Below, in pieces: positions 40,033 to 50,057 of a stretch of 64,000 nt of DNA. Positions within the stretch are counted from its first letter, which is position 1; every line of letters starts with the position of its first letter. The notes below the pieces were generated by a model. That model worked only from the letters and a program-made list of their open reading frames with translations, had not been told where the DNA came from and searched no databases. The translations under genes and the position numbers were made by a program. The stretch is taken from NCBI GenBank assembly GCA_046331705.1, contig JAXLQJ010000044.1:1-64000 (forward strand). Direction: 5' to 3'. The stretch comes from a bacterium (GTDB lineage Bacteria > JADJOY01).

Positions 40033-41352
40033 ATGGTATCCGCCCGCCCACGGCCTGAGCTCGAGATCACGAAGGTTGCCACGAATCTCGACGAGCTCTG
40101 GGACAACTTCGACCCCGCCCTCGCCGTCGATCCTGAGAGCGAGTTCTACGTCCACCGTACGGACGAGGACGAGCTTGGGCGCCTTTGCTTCGAGCTGGTT
40201 CGGGTCAAGCCGGACGCCATCTTTCACGGCTTCCTGTGCGGTCACGGCGGCAGCGGCAAGAGCACGGAGCTGCGACGCCTCGCGCGGAATCCAAAAGTCC
40301 GTCAGCACTTCCTTCCGATCCACGTATCCATCCGGACTTTCGGCAAGGACACGATCGATCTCACCCACGACGCACTCATGGTCGAGATCGGCCTCGCACT
40401 GCGGGAAGCCACCGAGAAAAACGGCCTCGAGTCGACGTTCGCAGGGGAGCTCGACGAGTGGGGCACAACGACGGTGAAAGGCTTTCTCAAGGAGGAAGCC
40501 GTCGCCGCCGAGGCCGGCGCCAAGGGAAACGCGTGGCTCGCCTACTTCAAGGCAAGCCTGCGCACCCGGCGAACGTGGAACGTGGAGCAGCAGCAACGCT
40601 TCGAGCCACGTGTCGTCGAGCTCGTCGCCATCCTCAACCGAATGGCGCAAGAGCTGGAGAACCGCACGAAACGCCGCGTGCTCGTGATCGTGGATGATCT
40701 CGAGAAGGGTGATTCGGAAGGCCACCGGGCCATGCACGCGCGCCTTTTCTGCGACCACTACGAAACGCTCGTCGGTCCCCGTTTCGCCACGATCTACACC
40801 CTACCCGTCTACTTCCGTGCCCTGCCCGACAACCGCATTCCCGGGGATCAGATCTACTCGTTCGCCGCGGCACGTCTCTACCCGCCAGAGCGCAAGGACG
40901 AGGACCATCCCGCGCTGGATCGCGCGCACCCGGGCTACCAGCTCATGCACGGCTTCGCGAAGGCCCGGGTCGGCGATGTCGACCGTTACTTCGAGGCCGA
41001 CGTGCTCGACGAGCTACTGCTCGTGGGCGGCGGGCTGTTCCGAGAGACGGCTCGCGCCATCCGGCTCGCAGCCCAACGGGCCATCATGCGGGCTGCCGAC
41101 CGCATCTCCCTCGATGACGCGAAGCACGCGGCGGAGCAGATCAAGAAGGACTATCAGCCCATCGTGCGCGGCGACGCGGTGCGAGTGTTGAAAGCGGTGT
41201 TGGATTCGCGCTACGGCTGGGTCGAGGACGTCGAGCCCTACCTTCAGTGGCGGGCCGTGGTCGAGTACGAAAACGGTTCGATGTGGCTCGACGTCCGCTC
41301 GGTCTTGAAGGGGTACGTGCGCACTCTTGACGGTGCAGCCGCTCGAAGCTGA
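40033..41352 (+). CDS. P-loop ATPase (STAND/AAA-like)
   Basis: Walker A GHGGSGKST, Walker B VLVIVDDLEK, GGLFRE; TATAAT at 40021-40026 lies 6 nt before ATG 40033. Confidence 0.88.
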   Translation: MVSARPRPELEITKVATNLDELWDNFDPALAVDPESEFYVHRTDEDELGRLCFELVRVKPDAIFHGFLCGHGGSGKSTELRRLARNPKVRQHFLPIHVSIRTFGKDTIDLTHDALMVEIGLALREATEKNGLESTFAGELDEWGTTTVKGFLKEEAVAAEAGAKGNAWLAYFKASLRTRRTWNVEQQQRFEPRVVELVAILNRMAQELENRTKRRVLVIVDDLEKGDSEGHRAMHARLFCDHYETLVGPRFATIYTLPVYFRALPDNRIPGDQIYSFAAARLYPPERKDEDHPALDRAHPGYQLMHGFAKARVGDVDRYFEADVLDELLLVGGGLFRETARAIRLAAQRAIMRAADRISLDDAKHAAEQIKKDYQPIVRGDAVRVLKAVLDSRYGWVEDVEPYLQWRAVVEYENGSMWLDVRSVLKGYVRTLDGAAARS

Positions 41353-43952
41353 AGGCACCTCCCCCGAGCGGGAGGCCGCCCGAGAGATCGCGCTGCTCGC
41401 GAAGCGCGCGGTGGCGAACGATCGTCCGCTTTTCTTGCTCGCCTTCTGCCAAAACGAGAGCGATGTCCGCGCCGTGCTCACGAGCCTGACGGCGACGGCG
41501 CGCGTCGCGGGCGTTGCGATCGACGTCATCAGTCCCGACGACGATGACATCGGCCGCGCCTACGACCAACTCGCACGAAGCTCCGAAGCGGGTCGCCTCG
41601 CCGTGCTCCGAGAGCTTCCGCGAGACGCCGCGGACCCGACGAGGCCGTCCGCCTCCTTCCTCAGCTACCTAAACCTGCACCGGGACCGAATCGCCTCGGA
41701 TCGGTTGCGCTTCCTGCTGATCCTCAGGACGCGTGAGGCGGAGACGTTCATCGCCCGCGCGCCAGACCTCTGGGACTTTCGCCACGGCACGTATTGGATC
41801 GAACGCGAGGCCTCCGTGCTCCTCGGCACGCGCTTCCTCGAACCGATCGCACGGATGGAGGCGGGCGCAGCCTCTCCACCCACGGATGCGGCGCGCGCCG
41901 AGGTTCGAAAGCGCCTGGAACGCGTCACGAAACTGCTCACCGAGACGGAAGAGGCCACTGCGCGCGCCGCCCTCCGGCTCGATCTCGCGCAGTGGCTCGC
42001 GCCCCGCGGCTTCGCCCTGGAAGCAGCGGCGGCGTGTCGCGAAGCGCTCGAGGATCTTCCCGACGAGGAGGTGGTCCTGCGGGCTCGCATCGAGGTGCTC
42101 CTCGGGGACCTTCACGTCGCACTCGGAAACGGCACCGAGGCCAAACGGCTCTTCGAACGATCCCTCGAGATCGCCGAGCGACTCGCCAACCAAGAACCGG
42201 GACGCGCCGACTTCCAACGAGACCTCTCCGTCTCACTCAACAAGCTCGGGGACCTTCACGTCGCACTCGGAAACGGCACCGAGGCCAAACGGCTCTTCGA
42301 ACGATCCCTCGAGATCCGAGAGCGACTCGCCAACCAAGAACCGGGACGCGCCGACTTCCAACGAGACCTCTCGATCTCCTTCGACCGGCTCGGGGACCTT
42401 CACGTCGCACTCGGAAACGGCACCGAGGCCAAACGGCTCTTCGAACGATCCCTCGAGATCCGAGAGCGACTCGCCAACCAAGAACCGGGACGCGCCGACT
42501 TCCAACGAGACCTCTCCGTCTCACTCAACAAGCTCGGGGACCTTCACGTCGCACTCGGAAACGGCACCGAGGCCAAACGGCTCTTCGAACGATCCCTCGA
42601 GATCCGAGAGCGACTCGCCAACCAAGAACCGGGACGCGCCGACTTCCAACGAGACCTCTCGATCTCCTTCGAGCGGCTCGGGGACCTTCACGTCGCACTC
42701 GGAAACGGCACCGAGGCCAAACGGCTCTTCGAACGATCCCTCGAGATCCGAGAGCGACTCGCCAACCAAGAACCGGGACGCGCCGACTTCCAACGAGACC
42801 TCTCGATCTCCTTCGAGCGGCTCGGGGACCTTCACGTCGCACTCGGAAACGGCACCGAGGCCAAACGGCTCTTCGAACGATCCCTCGAGATCGCCGAGCG
42901 ACTCGCCAACCAAGAACCGGGACGCGCCGACTTCCAACGAGACCTCTCCGTCTCACTCAACCAGCTCGGGGACCTTCGTCGCACTCGGACGGCACCGAGG
43001 CCAAACGGCTCTTCCGATCCCTCAGATCGCCGAGCGACTCGCCAACCAAGAAGGACGCGCCGACTCAACGAGACGTCTCCTCAACCACCGGGGACCTTAC
43101 GTCGCACTCGGAAACGGCACCGAGGCCAAACGGCTCTTCGAACGATCCCTCGAGATCCGAGAGCGACTCGCCAACCAAGAACCGGGACGCGCCGACTTCC
43201 AACGAGACCTCTCCGTCTCACTCAACAAGCTCGGGGACCTTCACGTCGCACTCGGAAACGGCACCGAGGCCAAACGGCTCTTCGAACGATCCCTCGAGAT
43301 CGCCGAGCGACTCGCCAACCAAGAACCGGGACGCGCCGACTTCCAACGAGACCTCTCCGATCTCACTCGAGCGGCTCGGGGACCTTCACGTCGCACTCGG
43401 AAACGGCACCGAGGCCAAACGGCTCTTCGAACGATCCCTCGAGATCCGGAGCGACTCGCCAACCAAGAACCGGGACGCGCCGACTTCCAACGAGACCTCT
43501 CGATCTCACTCGAGCGGCTCGGGGACCTTCACGTCGCACTCGGAAACGGCACCGAGGCCAAACGGCTCTTCGAACGATCCCTCGAGATCGCCGAGCGACT
43601 CGCCAACCAAGAACCGGGACGCGCCGACTTCCAACGAGACCTTGCCGTGTCATACGAGCGAATCGGCAACATCACCGAGGCGCCGGAAGCGGAACACTGG
43701 CTCGACCGCGCCGTGGCAATTCGGCGGCGTCTACATGCGCTCGACGCGGCGAGCGCGGTGCTCCAGAGGGAGCTTGCCATCGCGCTCGACCTCCGCGGCA
43801 GGACGTGTCACCGTCCCGAGGATCGGGGCGAAGCCCGCTTCCTGCTTCGAGCACTGAACGATCGAGGCGCGCTCGAGGTTCGCTATCGCGCGCTGCTCGA
43901 GAAGCTCGAGAGCCTGGCCCTCCCGACGCCCGGCGCTTCGGCCCAGCCGTGA
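41327..43952 (+). CDS. TPR-repeat protein with N-terminal degenerate ATPase-like domain; frameshifted within the repeats as given
   Basis: LNLHRD...APDLWDFR N-terminal domain; 48-aa TPR-like units; the C-terminal cap is read in the 41733-43952 frame. Confidence 0.8.
42101..43661 (+). repeat. 11 tandem ~144-bp coding repeats (48-aa TPR-like unit)
   Basis: Unit starts at 42101, 42245, 42389, 42533, 42677, 42821, 42965, ~43088, 43230, 43375, 43518. Units 7-8 lose 23 nt, unit 9 is +1 and unit 10 is -1. Confidence 0.95.
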
Positions 43953-44004
43953 CCCCGCAGCGCGAGTGAGGTCGGCCACGAGGTCCGCGTGCCGCTCCGG
44001 CGTC

Positions 44005-44339
44005 GCCACCTCGACGAGCACGATTGGGTTGGTCATCGAAAGCGGGTCTTGGTGGTCTGGCTCCACACGCCCGCAAACGACGCTCGCGTCCGGGTCGTAG
44101 GCGTTCCCCGTCGCGAGCACACGGACCCGCGCGTTCGAGTCATAGACGTTGCACCGCCGCGAGCGAAGCTCGGCGCTCGACGCTGCAAGGATGCGAGCGG
44201 TCGAGCGCCCGTGCTCCAGCGTGCCGCCGGTCATCGCGAGGATGAGGCCGCCCACGTACTCGTGCTTCTCGTGCGCGCTCGCTTGATGGCGCACGTATTC
44301 GGCGAACGAGTGATCGAGCCTGAGCGCGACGCTGGCCAT
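44005..44339 (-). pseudogene. Uma2-family (PD-(D/E)XK) endonuclease, C-terminally truncated
   Basis: KHEYVGGLILAMTGGTLEH, YDPDASVVC, NPIVLVEV; similarity ends where LSPST would be expected, and the frame runs on into the TPR gene. Confidence 0.75.
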
Positions 44340-44561
44340 GCAAAGATGCTACCTCGCGGGCTCGTGAGCGCTGCACACCGTCGCCGAGCATCCTTTGCTC
44401 GCCGTGAGATCGTCGCCCGGAAGCCCGACTGTTCGCCGGGAGACGGTGTCGAACGGACGGATCTCGCGAGCCCATGAGAGGCGGCGGAGCAGGAGCTCCG
44501 CCCTCCGACCGATCGCTCCCATCCGTCGCCGCTGATCGAGAACCGCGGATCTCGCACGCAC

Positions 44562-46361
44562 GTGAAAGTCGTCAGCGTGAGCACACTCCAGCATCCGGCG
44601 AACGATCGCGGCTGGGCACGGTGGGCCGTCGTGCTCGCCGGCGTGATCCCGCTGGTGGCGCTGGTGGTCGCGGTGTGGCGCTACGCCGTGAACGTCCTCT
44701 ATTGGGACGAATGGGCGGTCGCCACGGTGCTGCCCCGTTACCACCTCGGGCGGCTGCGCTGGATCGATCTGTTCGTCCAGCACAACGAGAGCCGGATGGT
44801 GGTGCCGCGGCTCTTGATCCTGGCGCTCGCCAACGCGAGCGGCGGCGACGTGCGCTCGGAGATGGCGGCGACCATCGCGCTCGCTTGCGTGGTGTCGGGC
44901 GGCGTGTGGGTCCTGGGACGTCGCACGCTTCCGTGCGGCGCGGGCACGCGCACCGCGATCTGGGCGTTGGCCAACCTGCTGATCTTCGGCTTGGTGCAGC
45001 ACGAGAACTGGCTGATGGGCATGCAGCTCGTGGCGGAGCTGCCGGTGGCGTGCCTCGTCGGTGGGCTGGTGATGGCCACCTCGGATCGATCCGTCGCCGC
45101 GCGCTTCGTCGCGTGCATGAGCTTGGCCACCGTGAGCACGTTCTCGATGGCGCACGGCGCGATCTGCTGGGTGCTGTTGCTACCGGCGTTGTGGGTGGAC
45201 GGGGCGCGCGTGACCACGGACGAACGCGCGCGGCGCGTGCGCTGGACCTGGATCTACGTCGCGGTCTTCGTCTCGACCCTGCTCGTCTACTTTCGCGATT
45301 ACCACAAGCCCGCCGGCCATCCCGGGCTGGACGAGGTGTTGCGTCAGCCCGCGTCCGCGCTCGCCTACGCGCTCTCGTTCCTCGGCCATCCGCTCATGGG
45401 CATCGGCATGCCGCGCTTGGGCTCGGCGATCGCCGCGGGCGTCGTCTCGCTGGTCGTGCTCGTGGCGATCGTGCTTCGGATCGCGCGGGCGAGCGACGCG
45501 CCGGCGCGACTCCATCGCGCGGCACCCTGGCTCGTCGTCACCGCCTATGCCCTCGGATCGGCGGCGATCACGACCCTCGGACGTCTGGGCTTCGGGCTCG
45601 AGCAATCGCTCGAGTCTCGCTACACGGCGTACTCGAGCTATCTGCCGCTCGCGATCCTCCATCTGCTGGTGATCGCGCGACCGCCGCGCTGGGCGAGCGT
45701 GACCGTGAGCGCCTGGATCGCGATCGCCAGTGTCTGCACCTCGATCGCCTCGCTCGACGACATGGCTCAGACGCGCATGCGCCGGCTGCAGGCGGCCGCC
45801 GTGCTGCGCATGAGCGCGGTGGTGACGCGCCCCGACGAGATCGCGCGCACGCTCTATCCGAACGTCGCGCAGTTCCAGCGCGTGGCGGCCAAGCTCGAGC
45901 AAGTCGGGATGATGTCGCCGCCGCGCCTCGCCGATCCGCATCTGGACCGGATCGCGGGCGAGACGAGCGCCGATGCGCCGAGCGGCTTCGTGGACACCGT
46001 CACGCGCGGGCCCGATGGCTCGCTCGACGTGATCGGCTGGGCCGTGTTGCGTGAAGACCGACGGCTCGCCGACGCGGTGGTGCTGAGCTACGACGACGAG
46101 CAAGGCCGTCCCGTGGCGTTCGATCTCACCACCGAGCGAAAGATCCGCGACGACGTCGCGGCGCGAGAAAACTGGCCTGGCTACGCGCGTTCCGGCTTCC
46201 ACGTCCGCGTTCCCGCCGACGCGACGAGCGAAACACGCGTGCCGACGATCCGCGCGTGGGCGTTCGATGCGATCTCCGGCAAGGCGTTCCCGCTCGAGCG
46301 AAGCGCGGCGTCCCCGTCGAACGCGCAACCGACGGAAGCGGCGAGCCCGGCGTCGGGCTGA
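44562..46361 (+). CDS. Polytopic membrane protein (GT-C-like) with C-terminal periplasmic domain
   Basis: AVNVLYWDEW, QHNESRMVVPRL, SRYTAYS; about 11 TM segments; GFVD...GWA...RDDVA...SGF tail. Confidence 0.75.
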   Translation: MKVVSVSTLQHPANDRGWARWAVVLAGVIPLVALVVAVWRYAVNVLYWDEWAVATVLPRYHLGRLRWIDLFVQHNESRMVVPRLLILALANASGGDVRSEMAATIALACVVSGGVWVLGRRTLPCGAGTRTAIWALANLLIFGLVQHENWLMGMQLVAELPVACLVGGLVMATSDRSVAARFVACMSLATVSTFSMAHGAICWVLLLPALWVDGARVTTDERARRVRWTWIYVAVFVSTLLVYFRDYHKPAGHPGLDEVLRQPASALAYALSFLGHPLMGIGMPRLGSAIAAGVVSLVVLVAIVLRIARASDAPARLHRAAPWLVVTAYALGSAAITTLGRLGFGLEQSLESRYTAYSSYLPLAILHLLVIARPPRWASVTVSAWIAIASVCTSIASLDDMAQTRMRRLQAAAVLRMSAVVTRPDEIARTLYPNVAQFQRVAAKLEQVGMMSPPRLADPHLDRIAGETSADAPSGFVDTVTRGPDGSLDVIGWAVLREDRRLADAVVLSYDDEQGRPVAFDLTTERKIRDDVAARENWPGYARSGFHVRVPADATSETRVPTIRAWAFDAISGKAFPLERSAASPSNAQPTEAASPASG

Positions 46362-46395
46362 TCGAGACCGTGCGGCGGGCGCGCTTCGCCCAAGG

Positions 46396-47769
46396 TCAAT
46401 CGCAAGCGACGGCCGGTGAGCTCCCGGTCCACGAGCACGCATCGCCGAGCTGGAAGTCGTCCGCGAAGATCTCGTCGAGCACGACCTCGACGGCACCCGC
46501 GTCACATGCCGCTCCCTGCGGTCGCGTCGTCTCGCGCTGATCCGAGGCGAGGCAATTCGCGGCGACCGCGGCACCGACTGCCACGCTCGTGAGCCCCGGC
46601 ACGTGCGTCGACGTGCGACCGCCGTTTTGCGCCAGCGCGCCGAGCGCGAGCGCCACGCTCGAGACGCCGTGGCGATCCGTGTCGAGCGCGAAGCCGCAGG
46701 TATCGCCCGGGCTCTCGACGTTGCCGCCGTCGGAGCTCCACGACCCACCGTGCACGCAGGACCCGGTCAGCAGATCGTTGCGCAAGATCGTGGTGGGCGG
46801 GCCGTTGACCTGCACCTGACGAATCGCCGTTGCACCCGTGACCGCCGTGTTGCTCGCGATCGTCGAATGCACGATCGTCAGCGTGCCCGCGGTGTGGCTG
46901 ATCCCGCCGCCGTCGGCTCCGGCGTGGTTGCCGGTCACGGTGGAGTTCGAGAGCGTGAAGTTGCCGCCGATCTGGAACTCGATGCCTCCGCCCGGACCCG
47001 GCGTCTGATTGCCACTGATCGTCGAGCGCTCGATGAGCACGGTGGAAACCGGAAAGTCGTCGCCGACCAGCAAACCACCGCCGCGCGAGCTGGGGTGACC
47101 CGTCGCCACGTTGTCCGCCACCGTCGAGTCGCGCAGCGTGAGCGACGGAAACCACACCAATCCGCCGCCATGCCTCCCGGTGTTGCCGGAGATCACCACG
47201 CGCTCGATCACGCCGTCTCCCCCCTGCGCGTGCAGCCCACCCCCGCCGCTCTCCGAGAAGTTGCCGAGGATCTTCGAGTCCGTGAGCGTGAGGGTGCCGG
47301 CGTTCACCAGCCCGCCGCCCGCGGACGACGAGTGACCACCCGTCAGCGTCACCCCCGAGAGGATCTCGGTGTAGCGCGTGGATCCGGTGAGAATTCCCAT
47401 CGACAGAACGCGATCGATGCCGTTGCCGTCGATGATCGTGGTGTCCGCGCCGTCACCACGGATCTCGGTGGCGTAGAAGGCGTCGATGCTGCCGCCGGCG
47501 TTTCCGTTGCCGCTCGCCGGCGGCGGCAGCGTGAGCACGTACGTTCCCGCCGGCAGCAGGACGAGATCCATGTCGGTGCCGGCATTGGCCCGCTCCACCG
47601 CGCCGCGCAGCGAGCAATCGTTGGGCGCGTTGGTGCAGGCCGTGGCGGTGAGCACGTCGTCGGTGCGATCCACCTGGAACGTGGCGGCGGAAGCGCCGGT
47701 GGCGCACGCCACCCCAGCCATCGCGAGGCCGCCCATCACACGGCGAATCGAGCCGAACGAACGACACAT
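46396..47769 (-). CDS. Secreted CSLREA-like beta-helix protein (polymorphic GGG repeats, choice-of-anchor-Q-like tail)
   Basis: ATFQVDRTDD...DCSLRGAV; TISGN..GGG repeats; LGALAQNGG...DQR...CDAGAVE; IFADDF tail. Confidence 0.85.
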   Translation of the reverse strand: MCRSFGSIRRVMGGLAMAGVACATGASAATFQVDRTDDVLTATACTNAPNDCSLRGAVERANAGTDMDLVLLPAGTYVLTLPPPASGNGNAGGSIDAFYATEIRGDGADTTIIDGNGIDRVLSMGILTGSTRYTEILSGVTLTGGHSSSAGGGLVNAGTLTLTDSKILGNFSESGGGGLHAQGGDGVIERVVISGNTGRHGGGLVWFPSLTLRDSTVADNVATGHPSSRGGGLLVGDDFPVSTVLIERSTISGNQTPGPGGGIEFQIGGNFTLSNSTVTGNHAGADGGGISHTAGTLTIVHSTIASNTAVTGATAIRQVQVNGPPTTILRNDLLTGSCVHGGSWSSDGGNVESPGDTCGFALDTDRHGVSSVALALGALAQNGGRTSTHVPGLTSVAVGAAVAANCLASDQRETTRPQGAACDAGAVEVVLDEIFADDFQLGDACSWTGSSPAVACD

Positions 47770-47914
47770 GGCAGCGCCTCTCCCGCCCACCCGGAGCACG
47801 CGCGGCGACCGCCGCGGAACGACGCTCCCCGCGCTCCGGAGGAATCCCAGGATTCTGCGCATCGCCGCGAGTGGCACGCAACCCGCGCGACGCGACCGGC
47901 GCGGCGGCGCGAGC

Positions 47915-48931
47915 TCAACGCTGAGGATTCGCGGTGGGCGGCATGGGAACCGCGAGGTCGGGCACGAAGGACTGCATCAGCTCGAGCTGGCTCTCTTGGG
48001 TCTTGCGCCACGCCTCGAGCTTGCCGAGCTGATCCGCGTCGAGCAGGCCCGTGAGCTGCGCCGTCGCCGCGTCGAGCTGCTTGCGCCGCAGCTCGACCAT
48101 CTTGGTCATCATCGCCTTGGTGCTGGTCTGGCCGGGCGCGGAGAGCTCCTTCGCCCACTCCTGTGAATCGGCAGCATCCGGGACGAACGTGCCGAGGACG
48201 CCGAAGCCGCCCTTGCGCATGATGGCCTCGACCTGGCCACGCTGGTCGTCGCGCAGCCCGACGTCGCGCGCGAAGAACGAGAACTCGCTGCGGAACGCGG
48301 TCTCCTTTTGCTCCTCGAGCTCGCGTGATTTGGCCGCCTGGTAATCCCGATAGCGGGCCGCGCCGAGGATGCGCTCGATCTCCCGCTCGCTGTCGGTGAG
48401 CGCGCCGGTGGAGTCGCGCGGGTCGACTTTCTCACCGCTCATCAGACGTCGCGCCATGTCCTGACCCTGCTTGGCGCGATCCAGCAGCAGCTTCTCGAGA
48501 TCCTCGCGCTCGCGCGGCGTGAGCTTCACCGCGCGATCGATCTGCGCGAGCTCCTGCTCGACCATCTGCTTCTGGACCTGGTCGAGAAAGCCGCTCTGCA
48601 TCACCGCGGCGAAGAGATCCTTGGGCGCGCTTCCATCGGCGGGTACGGGAGAGGCCGCGGGTGCTGCCGCCGGGGATCCACGGTTCACCGCGGCGCCCGG
48701 GGTGGGTGCCGCGGGCTGCGCGTCGCTCGCCATCGCCGTTTCCAGCGAGTCGAGCCGCTTCTCCAGATCGTCGAGCGCCGCCTTCATCTCGATCTGGATC
48801 TTTCGCGAGCGCCCCAGCTCGTCGGCGAGGCGCGTTCGCTCGCCCTCCTCCCAGGCGATCGCGCCCGCCGCACCGAGCGTCACGAGAACCAGCAAGACCC
48901 AGGCGATTCGTCCCGACATCGGCTCCCCCAC
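47915..48931 (-). CDS. Hypothetical exported helical/coiled-coil protein
   Basis: N-terminal TM segment, coiled coil, Pro/Ala linker and repeated helical units. Confidence 0.75.
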   Translation of the reverse strand: MGEPMSGRIAWVLLVLVTLGAAGAIAWEEGERTRLADELGRSRKIQIEMKAALDDLEKRLDSLETAMASDAQPAAPTPGAAVNRGSPAAAPAASPVPADGSAPKDLFAAVMQSGFLDQVQKQMVEQELAQIDRAVKLTPREREDLEKLLLDRAKQGQDMARRLMSGEKVDPRDSTGALTDSEREIERILGAARYRDYQAAKSRELEEQKETAFRSEFSFFARDVGLRDDQRGQVEAIMRKGGFGVLGTFVPDAADSQEWAKELSAPGQTSTKAMMTKMVELRRKQLDAATAQLTGLLDADQLGKLEAWRKTQESQLELMQSFVPDLAVPMPPTANPQR

Positions 48932-49205
48932 GCACCGCGGATCGCTGCGCGCGCGAGTCTACGCGATGTCCCCCGCGGGCACCGCTCGCGCCGCGGCGGC
49001 TCGATTCGGCGCCCCGGAGAGGACGGTGGCCCGAATCGCGCGCGAACCACCGGGGTCGCGTCCACGCGAAAGCCACGCCGAGGTCACGGCAGCGCCGGTT
49101 TGGCGCCACGCGGGGCGCGACGCGCGTCACATGTGCGAATGATTTCACCGTGAATTCATCTACGGCTCATTCCGGTTTGACGGGGCGCGCCTACGGTGTG
49201 CGCCC

Positions 49206-50057
49206 ATGAACGACACGACGATCCCCAACGAGCTGCTCACCTGGGAACCCTTCGACTTCCGCGACGCGGCGCGCGGCAGCGCGATCGCTAGCGCGGAACG
49301 CGCGACGTTCGCGCTCGGTCACGACGCGCCGACGCTCGCCGAGTGGCTGCGCGCCCGCGCCCGGCTGCTGCGCTTCGCCGGCATCACCAGCGCGGCGACC
49401 GCGGGGCTCGCGGCCCGCAGCGCGCTCGGCGTCGGCGCGATCGCCAAGTCCGCGCTCCTCGCGCACGCGTGGGCCGAGCGCGTGGTGACACAGCTGGATC
49501 TCGAGCTCCGGATCGTCGGCGCGGCTCCGCCGCCAGGCACGCTGATCGTGGCGAACCACCGCTCGTACGTCGACATCGCCGCGGTGCTCGCGGCGGCACC
49601 CGCGATCTTCCTCGCCAAGGTCGAGGTCGGAAGCTGGCCCGTGCTCGGCCTGGGGGCCCGGATCGCGCACACGATCTTCGTGTGCCGCGAGGATCCGGCG
49701 AGCCGCAAGCAAGCCATCGCTTCCATGCAGCGCGTGCTCGACCAGGGCACCAGCGTCGCGCTCTTCCCCGAGGGAACCACCACCAAGCGGCCGGGGATGC
49801 TGCCGTTCCACCCGGGCTCGTTCCGGATGGCGGCGTCCCGCGGCTACCGCGTGACGCCCATGGCCCTCGTCTACCCCCATGCGGAGGACGCGTGGGTGGA
49901 CGACGAGAGCTTCGTCTCTCACTTCCTGCGCCGGTGTGGGCAGCGCTGCCTGCGCGTCTCGCTCCACATCGGACCGACGTTTCAGGACGACGACCCCAAC
50001 CGTCTCAAAGCGCGCGCCGAGGAGTGGATTCTCGGCCGCATTGGAGGACACCGATGA
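49206..50057 (+). CDS. Lysophospholipid acyltransferase (PlsC-like)
   Basis: ANHRSYVD (HX4D), FLAK, LFPEGTT. Confidence 0.92.
   Translation: MNDTTIPNELLTWEPFDFRDAARGSAIASAERATFALGHDAPTLAEWLRARARLLRFAGITSAATAGLAARSALGVGAIAKSALLAHAWAERVVTQLDLELRIVGAAPPPGTLIVANHRSYVDIAAVLAAAPAIFLAKVEVGSWPVLGLGARIAHTIFVCREDPASRKQAIASMQRVLDQGTSVALFPEGTTTKRPGMLPFHPGSFRMAASRGYRVTPMALVYPHAEDAWVDDESFVSHFLRRCGQRCLRVSLHIGPTFQDDDPNRLKARAEEWILGRIGGHR

Noticed and set aside
42101..43661. CRISPR array or DGR template/variable repeats
   Set aside because: Units are 144 nt, in frame and without unique spacers; no cas or RT gene in the window; differences are not adenine-specific.
47872..47886. TGGCACGCAACCCGC sigma-54-like motif
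   Set aside because: It points away from the adjacent gene start and has a weak -12 element.
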